A stretch of 64,000 nucleotides of DNA from Acidimicrobiales bacterium. GTDB taxonomy: Bacteria > Actinomycetota > Acidimicrobiia > Acidimicrobiales > JAHWKP01. Both the position numbers and the translations under genes were made by a program. The notes beneath the pieces were generated by a model. It ran no database searches and was not told the origin of the DNA. It saw only the letters and a program-made list of their open reading frames with translations. This document shows positions 18,125 through 26,737 of this stretch, piece after piece (within the stretch, counting starts at the first letter, position 1; every line of letters begins with the position of its first letter). The DNA lies in contig DATLBX010000150.1 of the NCBI GenBank assembly GCA_035526705.1, forward strand, positions 3,729 through 67,728. The letters run 5' to 3'.

Positions 18125-18970
18125 TCAGTAGCCCATCCGGCGGACCCGGTCCGGCCGGCGCTGCCAATCCTTCTCCACAGTCACGTGCAGCTCCAGGAAC
18201 GCCCCCGGTGGCAGTTGGGCACGGGCTGCCTCCCCGACCTTGCGCAGTACCCCGCCGCCCTTGCCGATCACGATGCCCTTCTGAGAGTCGCGCTCGACGA
18301 CTATCTCGCACCGGATGCGGGGCCATTCCCATTCCGTGACTCGGCACGCGATCGAATGCGGAAGCTCGTCGTGGGTTTCCGCCAGTAGCTGTTCGCGCAC
18401 CAATTCGGCCACCCAGAACTCGTCCGGTAGGTCACGCACCTGATCGTCGGGATAGAAGGCCGGGCCCTCCGGCATCCGGCTTTCCATCTCCTCTACGAGA
18501 ACGTCGACGCCTTCTCCGGTCACGGCGGACACGGGGAAATACGCGGCCAGGTCCCACTGCGAAGCAGCCGACAACTGGGCGATGATTTGCTCGGGCTTGG
18601 CCAGGTCGACCTTGTTGAGCACCAAAAGGGCGCGCTCCTTGGCCCCTGCCACCCGCGCCGCGATGGCACGGTCCCCCGCGCCGATCCGTGCGGTGGCGTC
18701 GATCACGAGAACAACGAGGTCCACGCCGGACAACGCTTCGTCCGCGCTCTGCGCCAGCCGCTCCCCCAACGCCGACCTCGGCCTGGTGACCCCCGGCGTA
18801 TCCACCAAGACGATCTGGGACTCCGGCCGATGCAGCACGCCTCGAATTTGATGACGTGTGGTCTGTGGCTTGTCCGAGGTGATCGTGACTTTCGAGCCGA
18901 CGATCTGGTTCACCAGTGTTGACTTTCCGACGTTCGGACGGCCGACGAAAGTGACGAACCCCGACCTCAC
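18125..18970 (-). CDS. era: GTPase Era
   Basis: G1 GRPNVGKST, G3 DTPG, G4 NKVD and a C-terminal KH domain. I place the start at GTG 18970, forming a GTGA overlap with the upstream stop. The track start 19078 would overlap the neighbour by 112 nt. Confidence 0.9.
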   Translation of the reverse strand: MRSGFVTFVGRPNVGKSTLVNQIVGSKVTITSDKPQTTRHQIRGVLHRPESQIVLVDTPGVTRPRSALGERLAQSADEALSGVDLVVLVIDATARIGAGDRAIAARVAGAKERALLVLNKVDLAKPEQIIAQLSAASQWDLAAYFPVSAVTGEGVDVLVEEMESRMPEGPAFYPDDQVRDLPDEFWVAELVREQLLAETHDELPHSIACRVTEWEWPRIRCEIVVERDSQKGIVIGKGGGVLRKVGEAARAQLPPGAFLELHVTVEKDWQRRPDRVRRMGY

Positions 18971-20259
18971 CCGACCTCCGACAGCCCCTCCTGGGCCGAC
19001 GCCGCAGGAGCAGAGATGCGAACGCGGCCGATACGGCGGCCCTGAACCTTCTCGGCTGTCAACGTCCGTCCGTCGCATTGAGCGCGCTCACCCTCCGCGG
19101 GAACGTGGCCAAGGAGGTTGAACACCAGCCCGCCGATCGTGTCCCAGTCGCCCTCCGGCAGCTCGCCGTCGATCAAGTCGTTGACTTCGTCGATCGACAT
19201 CCGAGCCGACACCCGCACTCCACCGTCCGGCAGTGGCTCCACCGCAGGCTCCTCGACGTCGAACTCGTCCTGGATCTCACCGATCAATTCCTCGATCAGG
19301 TCCTCAAGAGTCACGAGACCCGCGGTGCCCCCGTACTCGTCCACGACGATGGCGATGTGCCGCTTTTCTCGCTGCATCTCGCGTAGGAGCTCGGCGACCC
19401 GCTTGGTCTCCGGGACGAATAGGGCATCGCGCTTGATCTCGCGTACTTCTACGTTGCGGCGCCCTTCCTGGATGGCGCGCATGAGGTCCTTCGTGTACAG
19501 CACGCCTTGCACATCATCGATGCCCTGCTCATAGACCGGCAACCGGCTATAGCCCGCGGCGATCGCTATTTCCAGGGCGTCTGCGACGCGATCTCGGCCT
19601 TCGACCGCGACCATGTCCGGTCGCGGGACCATGACCTCACGGGTGACTGTGTCCCCGAACTCGATGATCGAGTGAATCAAGGCGCGCTCCTCGCGCTCGA
19701 TCACCTCCTCCTCGACCGCGGCGTCCGCCATCGCCAGCAGCTCCTGCTCACTGACATAGGGGCCCTGCGGTAGTCCCTTGCCGGGGAGAATGACATTCGT
19801 CAGCTTGATCAGACCGCGGGCCAAAAGCCGCAGCGGCGGAAAGCCGACGAGCGCGGCAATGACCGGAGCCGCCAACAAGCCGGCCCGATCGGTGTGCTGC
19901 ACCGCCCACGTCTTCGGGGCCGACTCCACGAATACGAACACGAAGATCACCTGACCGACGGTCACCGCGAAGACGCCCAACCCGCCGAGCAGGCGCTCGG
20001 CCACGACGCCAAGAAGCGTCGCCGCCACCAAGTGGCACACCAGGATCATCAGTAGAAGCGGCGAGAGGAACTTCTCGGGGTGCTCGACCAACCGTGAGAG
20101 GTGTGCCGCGCCGCGTTGGTTCTCCTCGAGGAGAGTCAAGGCCTTCACACGGTTGACCCGCGTCAAGCTCGTTTCCGATAACGCAAGGAAGCCCGCGATC
20201 AGCCAGAGGACCGCCACGCCGCCGAGCATCAGTCCGTCGAGCGCGCTCAGCCGCGGCAT
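18967..20259 (-). CDS. CNNM/DUF21-CBS-CorC_HlyC family membrane protein (hemolysin-like, Mg/Co efflux type)
   Basis: N-terminal 4-TM DUF21-like region, CBS pair (REVMVPRPDMVAV...) and C-terminal CorC_HlyC-like domain. Conserved position between ybeY and era. Confidence 0.85.
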   Translation of the reverse strand: MPRLSALDGLMLGGVAVLWLIAGFLALSETSLTRVNRVKALTLLEENQRGAAHLSRLVEHPEKFLSPLLLMILVCHLVAATLLGVVAERLLGGLGVFAVTVGQVIFVFVFVESAPKTWAVQHTDRAGLLAAPVIAALVGFPPLRLLARGLIKLTNVILPGKGLPQGPYVSEQELLAMADAAVEEEVIEREERALIHSIIEFGDTVTREVMVPRPDMVAVEGRDRVADALEIAIAAGYSRLPVYEQGIDDVQGVLYTKDLMRAIQEGRRNVEVREIKRDALFVPETKRVAELLREMQREKRHIAIVVDEYGGTAGLVTLEDLIEELIGEIQDEFDVEEPAVEPLPDGGVRVSARMSIDEVNDLIDGELPEGDWDTIGGLVFNLLGHVPAEGERAQCDGRTLTAEKVQGRRIGRVRISAPAASAQEGLSEVG

Positions 20260-20843
20260 CAGGTGGGCTCCGCCGTCGGCTGGGCGCGGTGAAACTTCCC
20301 CAACAGTTCTCGCTCGCGAGCTTCCATGGCTTCGGCCTCTTCGTCCTCCGCGTGATCCATGCCCACGAGGTGCAACACGCCATGCACCACCAGAAGCGCG
20401 AGCTCGTCGTCGATTCCCCCGTCGTGCAGGGAGCCGGAGTGTTCGGGCGCATTCGCCGCGGCTACCGCGGGACAGATCACCACATCACCGACTACGTAAG
20501 GCGGTCGCGACGTGTCCGGCCGGTCGGACACTGTGCTCGGTCCGGTCGTGCCGCCGTCCGGAAAACGTCCACCCCCCGAAGCGGGCCCCATCTCGAGGTC
20601 GTCCTCGTCGAGATCCTCCGCGTCCATGGGGAAGGCCAGGACATCAGTCGGCCCCTCCGCGCCGCGAAAGCGCGAATTCAACTCGGTCATCGCTTCGATG
20701 TCGACGAACAACAGCGATATCTCAGCGTCATCCGGCACGCCTTCCGCACCGAGAACTTCGTCGGCGAGCCGAGCCCATCGCGCCGCATCCACATCAATGC
20801 CCGTGTCGCCGCCCTGCTCGTCTGCCGCGAAGACCTGCGCCAT
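20259..20843 (-). CDS. ybeY: rRNA maturation endoribonuclease YbeY
   Basis: Metal-binding motif HGVLHLVGMDH. ATGA overlap with the downstream gene. It carries an acidic/Gly-rich internal insertion. Confidence 0.88.
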   Translation of the reverse strand: MAQVFAADEQGGDTGIDVDAARWARLADEVLGAEGVPDDAEISLLFVDIEAMTELNSRFRGAEGPTDVLAFPMDAEDLDEDDLEMGPASGGGRFPDGGTTGPSTVSDRPDTSRPPYVVGDVVICPAVAAANAPEHSGSLHDGGIDDELALLVVHGVLHLVGMDHAEDEEAEAMEARERELLGKFHRAQPTAEPT

Positions 20844-20849
20844 CGCTGC

Positions 20850-21836
20850 CTACTTTCGTTTGCGCTTGGCGGAGCCGGCAGCCAGGGCGGCACTCGCCTC
20901 TTTGTTCTCGTAGGCCGCGACGATGTCGGCGACGATTCGGTGGCGAACGACATCACGCCGGCTGAGGTGTACGAACTCCAAGCCCTCGATCCCACCGATC
21001 ACCTCTTCGAGTCCGTTCAGGCCCGATCGACCGACCATGAGGTCCACCTGCGTGACGTCGCCGGTTACGACCGCCTTTGATCCGAACCCGATACGCGTGA
21101 GGAACATCTTCATCTGCTCCGGCGTGGCGTTCTGCGCCTCGTCCAGGATGATGAAGCTCGAATTGAGGGTGCGGCCGCGCATGAACGCGAGAGGCGCGAT
21201 CTCGATGGTTCCCCGTTCGATGAGACGCTGCGCGCCCTCCACCTCGAGCATGTCGTAGAGCGCGTCGTACAAAGGTCGAAGGTAGGGGTCGATCTTGGCC
21301 ATGAGGTCGCCCGGCAAAAAGCCCAGCCGCTCTCCGGCCTCCACCGCGGGTCGCGTCAAGATGATTCGCTCGACCTGACGGGCCTGGAGCGCTTGGACAG
21401 CGAGCGCGACGGCGAGATACGACTTGCCTGTGCCCGCGGGGCCGATGCCGAAGGTGATCACGTTCGACGCGATCGCGTCGGTGTAGCGCTTCTGCCCCGC
21501 GGATTTCGGCCGGACGGTGCGGCCCCGCCCCGCGCGCAGCACCTCCGCGGTCAGAACCTCGGACGGCTTCTCGTCCTCCCGAACCATGTCGATCGTGCGC
21601 TTGACGACCGACGAGTCCAGCGGGTGTCCCTGCTCGAGCATCCGGACCAGCTCGTCGAACAGTTTCCCCACAAGCTCGGCCTGTGCGCCGTCGACAGTGA
21701 TCTCGTTGCCGCGTACCAGCACGGGCGAATCGGGAAAAGCCTCCTCCACGAGGCGGAGGAACTGGTCGCTCTCGCCTACCAAGGCAGCCATGAGCTGGTT
21801 GCCCGGGACGAAGATCTTTATCTGAGTAGTTGGCAT
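20850..21836 (-). CDS. phoH: PhoH-like ATPase
   Basis: Walker A GPAGTGKSYLAVA and the TRPAVEAGERLGFLPGD motif. Confidence 0.9.
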   Translation of the reverse strand: MPTTQIKIFVPGNQLMAALVGESDQFLRLVEEAFPDSPVLVRGNEITVDGAQAELVGKLFDELVRMLEQGHPLDSSVVKRTIDMVREDEKPSEVLTAEVLRAGRGRTVRPKSAGQKRYTDAIASNVITFGIGPAGTGKSYLAVALAVQALQARQVERIILTRPAVEAGERLGFLPGDLMAKIDPYLRPLYDALYDMLEVEGAQRLIERGTIEIAPLAFMRGRTLNSSFIILDEAQNATPEQMKMFLTRIGFGSKAVVTGDVTQVDLMVGRSGLNGLEEVIGGIEGLEFVHLSRRDVVRHRIVADIVAAYENKEASAALAAGSAKRKRK

Positions 21837-21903
21837 GCAGGGGTGACCACGACGGTGGTTACAACGCTAGCGCCGATATCGCGCCCGCGGGCGCCCGTTT
21901 GGA

Positions 21904-22245
21904 TCAGCCCGGGGGCCAACTCATTTTTCGGCCGCCGATCACGTGTAGGTGCAGGTGCGGGACGGAGTTTCCGGCGTCGTCCCCGACGTTGAACACCAGG
22001 CGGTAGCCGTTCTCCAGCCCGTCGGCCTGCGCGACCTGATTGGCCAGTTCGAACATGTCCGCGATCGCTTCCGCGTGCACCGAGTGGATGCTGGCCGCAT
22101 TCTCGATGTGCCGACGGGGAATGACAAGGACATGGGTAGGCGCGACCGGGTTGAGGTCCCGGAAGGCGATGGAACCAGCGGTCGTGGCGACCTGCTCGGA
22201 GCGGACGTCTCCGGCGACGATCCCGCAGAACAAACAGTCGGGCAT
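21904..22245 (-). CDS. HIT (histidine triad) family protein
   Basis: CLFCGIVAG N-terminus and histidine triad HLHLHVIGG. Confidence 0.88.
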   Translation of the reverse strand: MPDCLFCGIVAGDVRSEQVATTAGSIAFRDLNPVAPTHVLVIPRRHIENAASIHSVHAEAIADMFELANQVAQADGLENGYRLVFNVGDDAGNSVPHLHLHVIGGRKMSWPPG

Positions 22246-22260
22246 ACGGAGCCGAACCTA

Positions 22261-22791
22261 CTGCGGGACGACACCGCCGCTCGATTCCTTTCCGACGCCC
22301 GAAACTCAGAGTCGGCCAGGGCGCGGGCGCGGGAGCACTGGTGGCGTCAGCAGGCGCGGGAGGCGGCGACGTTCGAAGGCATCCTTCGGGCCCTCTCGGA
22401 ACGCGGTATCGAGGTCACCGCTTGGACATCCGACGGCGGCCGTGCGACCGGGAAGGTGGCAGAGGTCAGTTCCGAGCTCGTGCGCCTCGTCGCAGAGGGT
22501 GGCGAAAGCGTTTGGATAGTGCGCGCCGGCCTGGCGGGCGTGTCGGCTGCGTCGGATGGAGTCCACGCGGGCGTGGCCAGCGATGACCGTGGCCCCGCGT
22601 CGAAAATCGCGCTCGCGGGCTTGCTCGCCGAGTTGGCCGAGGAGCGACGGGCGCTCACCGCCCGCTGCGGTGGGGCGGAGGTGCGCGGCCGTGTCATAGG
22701 GGCCGGCACCGATGTTCTGACCCTGCGACTTCCTGGTGGCGAGCTGACCTACCTACCGGTTACGCGCCTGGCGTTGCTACGCCTGGCGTGA
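22261..22791 (+). CDS. Hypothetical protein, start unresolved
   Basis: This is the 3' part of track ORF 21949..22791; its 5' part is antisense to the HIT gene. Composition is protein-like from about 22261, with two similar beta-rich halves (GKVAEVSSELVRLV... / GRVIGAGTDVLTLRL...). There is no ATG/GTG/TTG in frame between 22246 and GTG 22456. Confidence 0.4.
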   Translation: MRDDTAARFLSDARNSESARARAREHWWRQQAREAATFEGILRALSERGIEVTAWTSDGGRATGKVAEVSSELVRLVAEGGESVWIVRAGLAGVSAASDGVHAGVASDDRGPASKIALAGLLAELAEERRALTARCGGAEVRGRVIGAGTDVLTLRLPGGELTYLPVTRLALLRLA

Positions 22792-23052
22792 ATCGACGGT
22801 CTCGGGATACAGATGTACAAGCTCGCCCGGCTGGATCCGGCTCGCTCGAAGGTAGGCGTCGAGGTCAGGCTTCTGAATCCGGATCACCCTGCCCATTCGA
22901 TATGCCGTCAGCTTGCCTTCGTCGATGGCTCGGTAGAGGGTCCGGACGGTCACGCCGAGGTGCGCCGCGGCTTCCTGCGTGTTCAGCCACTGGATCGATC
23001 CTCCCCCGCCCCGCTCGGAGTCGCGGGTGGCGTCAGAGTCCATTTCTGTCAT
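22777..23052 (-). CDS. Excisionase-family (MerR-like) helix-turn-helix DNA-binding protein
   Basis: WLNTQEAAAHLGVTVRTLYRAIDEGKLTAYRMGRVIRIQKPDLDAYL matches the Xis-type HTH pattern. Confidence 0.75.
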   Translation of the reverse strand: MTEMDSDATRDSERGGGGSIQWLNTQEAAAHLGVTVRTLYRAIDEGKLTAYRMGRVIRIQKPDLDAYLRASRIQPGELVHLYPETVDSRQA

Positions 23053-23075
23053 CCCCCTAGCCTCTCATAGCTTCT

Positions 23076-24275
23076 GTGGCACAACAGTCCATCCTCCTCC
23101 TATCCGGTCAGGCGGGGTGGGCCGGGCGGGTTCTCAGCTGGCGGGATCACTTCGACGCCCATGCCTGCGCGTCCGCCGAGGAGGCCCGGGCTCTGCTGAC
23201 CGGCTCGCGCCCCTGGGCCGTGGTGCTTATCGATGGGGCCGACCACGGCGCCGACCGTGACCTCATCGCTCTGGCCCGCCAAGCCGGGGCGCGGGCCGTC
23301 GTCGTCGGCGCGCCGCCCGTCTCGGTGGACTGGCTCGGCCTCGGAGCTCACGCGGTCCTCCATCCGGAGTTCGGTCCGCAAGAAGTGTTCTCGGTTCTCG
23401 CGGCAGATCAGTCGGATGGACCGTCCCTTCCCGCGCCCCACTCTTTGCTTTGCGTGACCGGGCCGGGCGGAACCGGGGCGTCAACCGTCGCCGTTGCACT
23501 CGGCCAGGGGCTTGCGGGGCGGGCCGGGCACGTCCTGCTGGCCGATCTGCGGCGCCACGCCGAGCTACATGCCCTGCACCATCTCGACGCGGACGGGCCC
23601 GGCATCGACGACTTGGTTCAGGCGCACCGGACTTCCTCACCGGACCCGCTCACCCTCTCCGAGCTTCCCCCGTTCGTACCGCGGGGATATCGGCTCCTAG
23701 GCGGGCTCCGTCGCGCCGTGGGCTGGTCCTCCCTTCGGCCGCGCGCCTTGGCCGCCGCCATTCACGGCTTGCGCGCCGCTTACGACGTAGTTGTGTGCGA
23801 CATCGACCCCGACCTCGAGGGCGAGGCGGAAGGCGGATCCTTCGACGTCGAGGAGCGCAATGCCCTCGCGCGAGTGGCGGTTGCGAACGCGACGGGCGTC
23901 GTCGTGGTCGGCGGGCCCGGGGCGAAGGGCACGCACTCCCTGCTGCGCGTCCTCGGCGAGTTCTGGTCCCACGGCGTGAAACCCGAGAGAACGGTCGTCG
24001 TGGTAAATCGGGCCGATCGACTCTCCCTGGACCGTCTGGGCGTGGCGCTCGGTCAGCTCGGCGCGCGGGACGCGGCAACGATCTGCCTCCCGGAGCTCGA
24101 CCTGGAGACACACCTCCTCTCCGGGGCGCCACTCCCCGGCGCATTTGTGGACCCCCTCACCGACGCGGTGCTCCCGCTATTGGCCGAGCGTCCACCCTCC
24201 GCCGCTCCTCCGGCACCTCAGCGGATCGCCCCTGGCTCGCTGGGCCTGCGCCGGACCGGCGATCACGAAGGGTGA
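23076..24275 (+). CDS. Ssd/TadZ(CpaE)-like ParA-superfamily ATPase with N-terminal pseudo-receiver domain
   Basis: Receiver-like N-terminus (ILLLSG...AVVLIDGAD). Deviant Walker A VTGPGGTGASTVAVALG of the GxGGxGAS type seen in actinobacterial Ssd proteins. ParA-like DVVVCDIDPD. Confidence 0.65.
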   Translation: MAQQSILLLSGQAGWAGRVLSWRDHFDAHACASAEEARALLTGSRPWAVVLIDGADHGADRDLIALARQAGARAVVVGAPPVSVDWLGLGAHAVLHPEFGPQEVFSVLAADQSDGPSLPAPHSLLCVTGPGGTGASTVAVALGQGLAGRAGHVLLADLRRHAELHALHHLDADGPGIDDLVQAHRTSSPDPLTLSELPPFVPRGYRLLGGLRRAVGWSSLRPRALAAAIHGLRAAYDVVVCDIDPDLEGEAEGGSFDVEERNALARVAVANATGVVVVGGPGAKGTHSLLRVLGEFWSHGVKPERTVVVVNRADRLSLDRLGVALGQLGARDAATICLPELDLETHLLSGAPLPGAFVDPLTDAVLPLLAERPPSAAPPAPQRIAPGSLGLRRTGDHEG

Positions 24276-24343
24276 CGCCTGCCTGCATACCGGTGCGAGA
24301 CCTATGACGCCTTCCGGCGGCGTGGGCGCGCCACACTGAACGG

Positions 24344-26080
24344 GTGAGGACCCTTCCCCGCCTCCGTCTCTACGCGCTCGCGCTCATTGCCGGACTGGCT
24401 GCCGTTTCCCTCGGGCCCGCGGCAGGCGCTCAGTCGACGAGCTCGAGCAGCACCACCTCGAGTACGACTTCTTCGAGCACGACGACTTCGAGCGCTGCGG
24501 GGAGCTCCACATCCACTTCGACATCCACGTCCAGCACGACGAGCACCTCCGCCGCGGGCGCTTCGACGACCACCAGTGATCCTGCGGCCGGGGGTGCGCA
24601 GCTCGACGGGCCCTACAGCGAGCCCATCGACATCACCTTCCCGACCACCCCCAGCGCCAAGTTCTCGAACGACTACCACGCGGCCCGCTCCGGCGGGCGG
24701 GTCCACAAGGCAACCGACCTCCTCGGTTCGAAGGGCATGCCCCTATATGCCGCCCGCGCCGGGACCGTATGTTTCATAACGGGGTACGAAGCCCCTCCTC
24801 CGGATTACGGCGTGATGGTCTCCATCTGCGGTGACGACGGCCGCAAGTACGACTACATCCACATCAACAACGACACCCCCGGCACCGACGATGCCCAGGG
24901 GGGGCCGGAGTTCGCCTTCGCGCCGGGCCTCTTGAGGGGCGGGACCGTCACTCGGGGCCAGTGGCTCGGCCTCATGGGCGACTCCGGTAACGCGGAGGGC
25001 ACCGCGCCGCACCTGCATTTCGAGATCGAGGACCCGTCCGTCACCGACCCCTACGGAACGCATCAGCTCAATCCCTATAAGTCTTTGCTCGCGGCGCTGG
25101 AGCGCAACGACGTGTCTACCGACGCCGGCGCGCCGTGGGATCCGGTCATTCGGGTTGGCGGCTCCGACCGGGTCGCCACCGCGATCGCGTTGGCGGGCCG
25201 CTGGCAGCAGGCCCCTGCCATTGTCCTCGCCGCGGGCGACCGGGTACCCGACTCGTTGGCCGCAGGGCCGCTGGCCGCGGCCCTGCGCGGCCCGGTGCTC
25301 CTCAACCTCGGCCATACCCTCGATGGTCGAGTCGCCGGTGAGATCGCGCGATTGCGACCCGCGCGCATCGTTCTGGTCGGCGGACCGGTGTCCATTTCGA
25401 ATCAGACCGACGCGGACGTGCGCACTACCGCGCCCTGGGCGCAAGTCGACCGACTCTCCGGGGCGGACCGTTTCGCCACGGCCGCCGCGGTGGCGCTCGA
25501 GGTCTGGCGTACGACCGGCGGCGGCAGATCCGCGGTGATCGCCCTCGGAGATCACGCGGATCCGAACCGCGCTTGGCCCGACGCCCTGACCGCAGGCTGG
25601 CTCGGAGCGTTGACCGGAAGGCCCGTGCTGCTTACCGCTCCCGGCTCGGTCCCCACCGCGACCCTGCAAGCCCTCCACGGAGTCGGACCGGCAACAGTCG
25701 TCGGCGGCGAGTCAGCCGTACCCGCGAGCGTGTTCTCCGCGATCGACGGCGAAGTCGGAACTCTCGCAAGGCTCGCCGGACCCGACCGCTACGCGACCGG
25801 CATCGAGGTCGCGAAGGCCGGACTGGCGGCGGGAGCTCAGATCACCCACCTCCGCGTCGTAACCGGGCGGGGCCCGGGCGACGCGCTCGCCGCCGGGGCC
25901 GCAGCCGCCGGCGAAGGCGCCCTGATGGTCCTCGTGGACGGGCTCGACCAACGGGCTGACCTCGGGATGAGTTATTTCCTCCGGCCGCGTGCCCATCTGA
26001 TTCTGAGCGCCGCGGCCATAGGCGGCCCGACGGTGATGACCGACGCAGCTGTGACGCGACTGATCCGGCGTATCAGCTGA
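24344..26080 (+). CDS. Secreted M23 (LytM-type) peptidase fused to three cell-wall-binding (CWB2-like) repeats
   Basis: Signal peptide followed by a Ser/Thr-rich linker. M23 motifs HKATDL and GDSGNAEGTAPHLHFEI. Three repeats carry GSDRVATAIALA / GADRFATAAAVA / GPDRYATGIEVA. Confidence 0.8.
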   Translation: MRTLPRLRLYALALIAGLAAVSLGPAAGAQSTSSSSTTSSTTSSSTTTSSAAGSSTSTSTSTSSTTSTSAAGASTTTSDPAAGGAQLDGPYSEPIDITFPTTPSAKFSNDYHAARSGGRVHKATDLLGSKGMPLYAARAGTVCFITGYEAPPPDYGVMVSICGDDGRKYDYIHINNDTPGTDDAQGGPEFAFAPGLLRGGTVTRGQWLGLMGDSGNAEGTAPHLHFEIEDPSVTDPYGTHQLNPYKSLLAALERNDVSTDAGAPWDPVIRVGGSDRVATAIALAGRWQQAPAIVLAAGDRVPDSLAAGPLAAALRGPVLLNLGHTLDGRVAGEIARLRPARIVLVGGPVSISNQTDADVRTTAPWAQVDRLSGADRFATAAAVALEVWRTTGGGRSAVIALGDHADPNRAWPDALTAGWLGALTGRPVLLTAPGSVPTATLQALHGVGPATVVGGESAVPASVFSAIDGEVGTLARLAGPDRYATGIEVAKAGLAAGAQITHLRVVTGRGPGDALAAGAAAAGEGALMVLVDGLDQRADLGMSYFLRPRAHLILSAAAIGGPTVMTDAAVTRLIRRIS

Positions 26081-26107
26081 TCGTCAGTTCGTAGCCGCGC
26101 CCGGAAC

Positions 26108-26707
26108 TCACGCGTCCTCGGCGGCCAACTCCTTGAGCCTCGCCTTCGCTTTGCCCGAGGTGGCTTCCACCAGGCACGCGATGGCCCGCATATCTTCGGG
26201 GCGAATCGAGATCAAATAATCCGCTTCGTCCTGTCGCTCGAGCTGAATGAGCCCCAGGTAGCGCGCCAGCAGGTCACGCGCCGTGGGATCCAAACCTGAC
26301 AGCCGTCGCAGGTCCAAGGTGACCCGGGAATCCCCTGACCGATCCTCGGAGCGACGTTCTAGCTCGGTCACCTCGTCGGGCTCTCGAGTCTTCTCGGCCG
26401 GCATCTCCGGCGACTCCGGCAGGAGGTGATCCACGCTCACCCCATACAACTCGGCCAGTCTTTGGAGTCTGGTCACCGAAATCATGCGGTGACCGCGCTC
26501 GTACGCGCCCAGGACACTGATGCGGAATTCTTCTCCGGACATTCGAGCCACTGTGCGCAAGGAAAGCTTGCGTTGCTGACGGACCCAACGGAGCCGCTGG
26601 CCGAGCCGCTCGGCGAAGCTGCGCTCCGCCTCTGCGATCGCAGGATCGGCTACCCGGGTCTCCGGGTCGGCCACCCTGCCGTTTCCTAGCCCTGCGGGCT
26701 CCGGCAT
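26108..26707 (-). CDS. bldD: BldD-like XRE-HTH developmental regulator / c-di-GMP effector
   Basis: HTH region LGQRLRWVRQQRKLSLRTVA...GAYERGHRMISVTRLQRLAELYGVSVDHLLP parallels my recollection of Streptomyces BldD. The C-terminal domain has RQD-EADYLISI-RPED, the RXD-X8-RXXD signature (nt 26192-26236). Confidence 0.8.
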   Translation of the reverse strand: MPEPAGLGNGRVADPETRVADPAIAEAERSFAERLGQRLRWVRQQRKLSLRTVARMSGEEFRISVLGAYERGHRMISVTRLQRLAELYGVSVDHLLPESPEMPAEKTREPDEVTELERRSEDRSGDSRVTLDLRRLSGLDPTARDLLARYLGLIQLERQDEADYLISIRPEDMRAIACLVEATSGKAKARLKELAAEDA

Positions 26708-26737
26708 GTGCGCGGTTCTAGCACTGGGCGGTGCGCG

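Noticed and set aside
16575-18131. 518-aa plus-strand ORF
   Set aside because: It runs antisense across recO, uppS, the zinc-ribbon gene and the era 3' end. An ORF spanning several well-supported opposite-strand genes and their gaps is a shadow.
24420-24600. Repetitive ACGAC/TCGAGC-rich DNA, considered as a tandem repeat or array
   Set aside because: It is in frame within the M23 peptidase gene and encodes a Ser/Thr-rich low-complexity linker after the signal peptide. There is no spacer/repeat periodicity of the CRISPR type.
26716-26726. CIRCE-like half-site TTCTAGCACTG near dnaJ/bldD; more generally, a CIRCE operator for the hrcA operon
   Set aside because: Only one imperfect arm is present, with no GAGTGCTAA partner 9 nt away. 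I also saw no TTAGCACTC-N9-GAGTGCTAA upstream of hrcA (28840-28950) or of the coiled-coil gene (31232-31300). This was a by-eye search only, so a pattern scan could still find a degenerate site.
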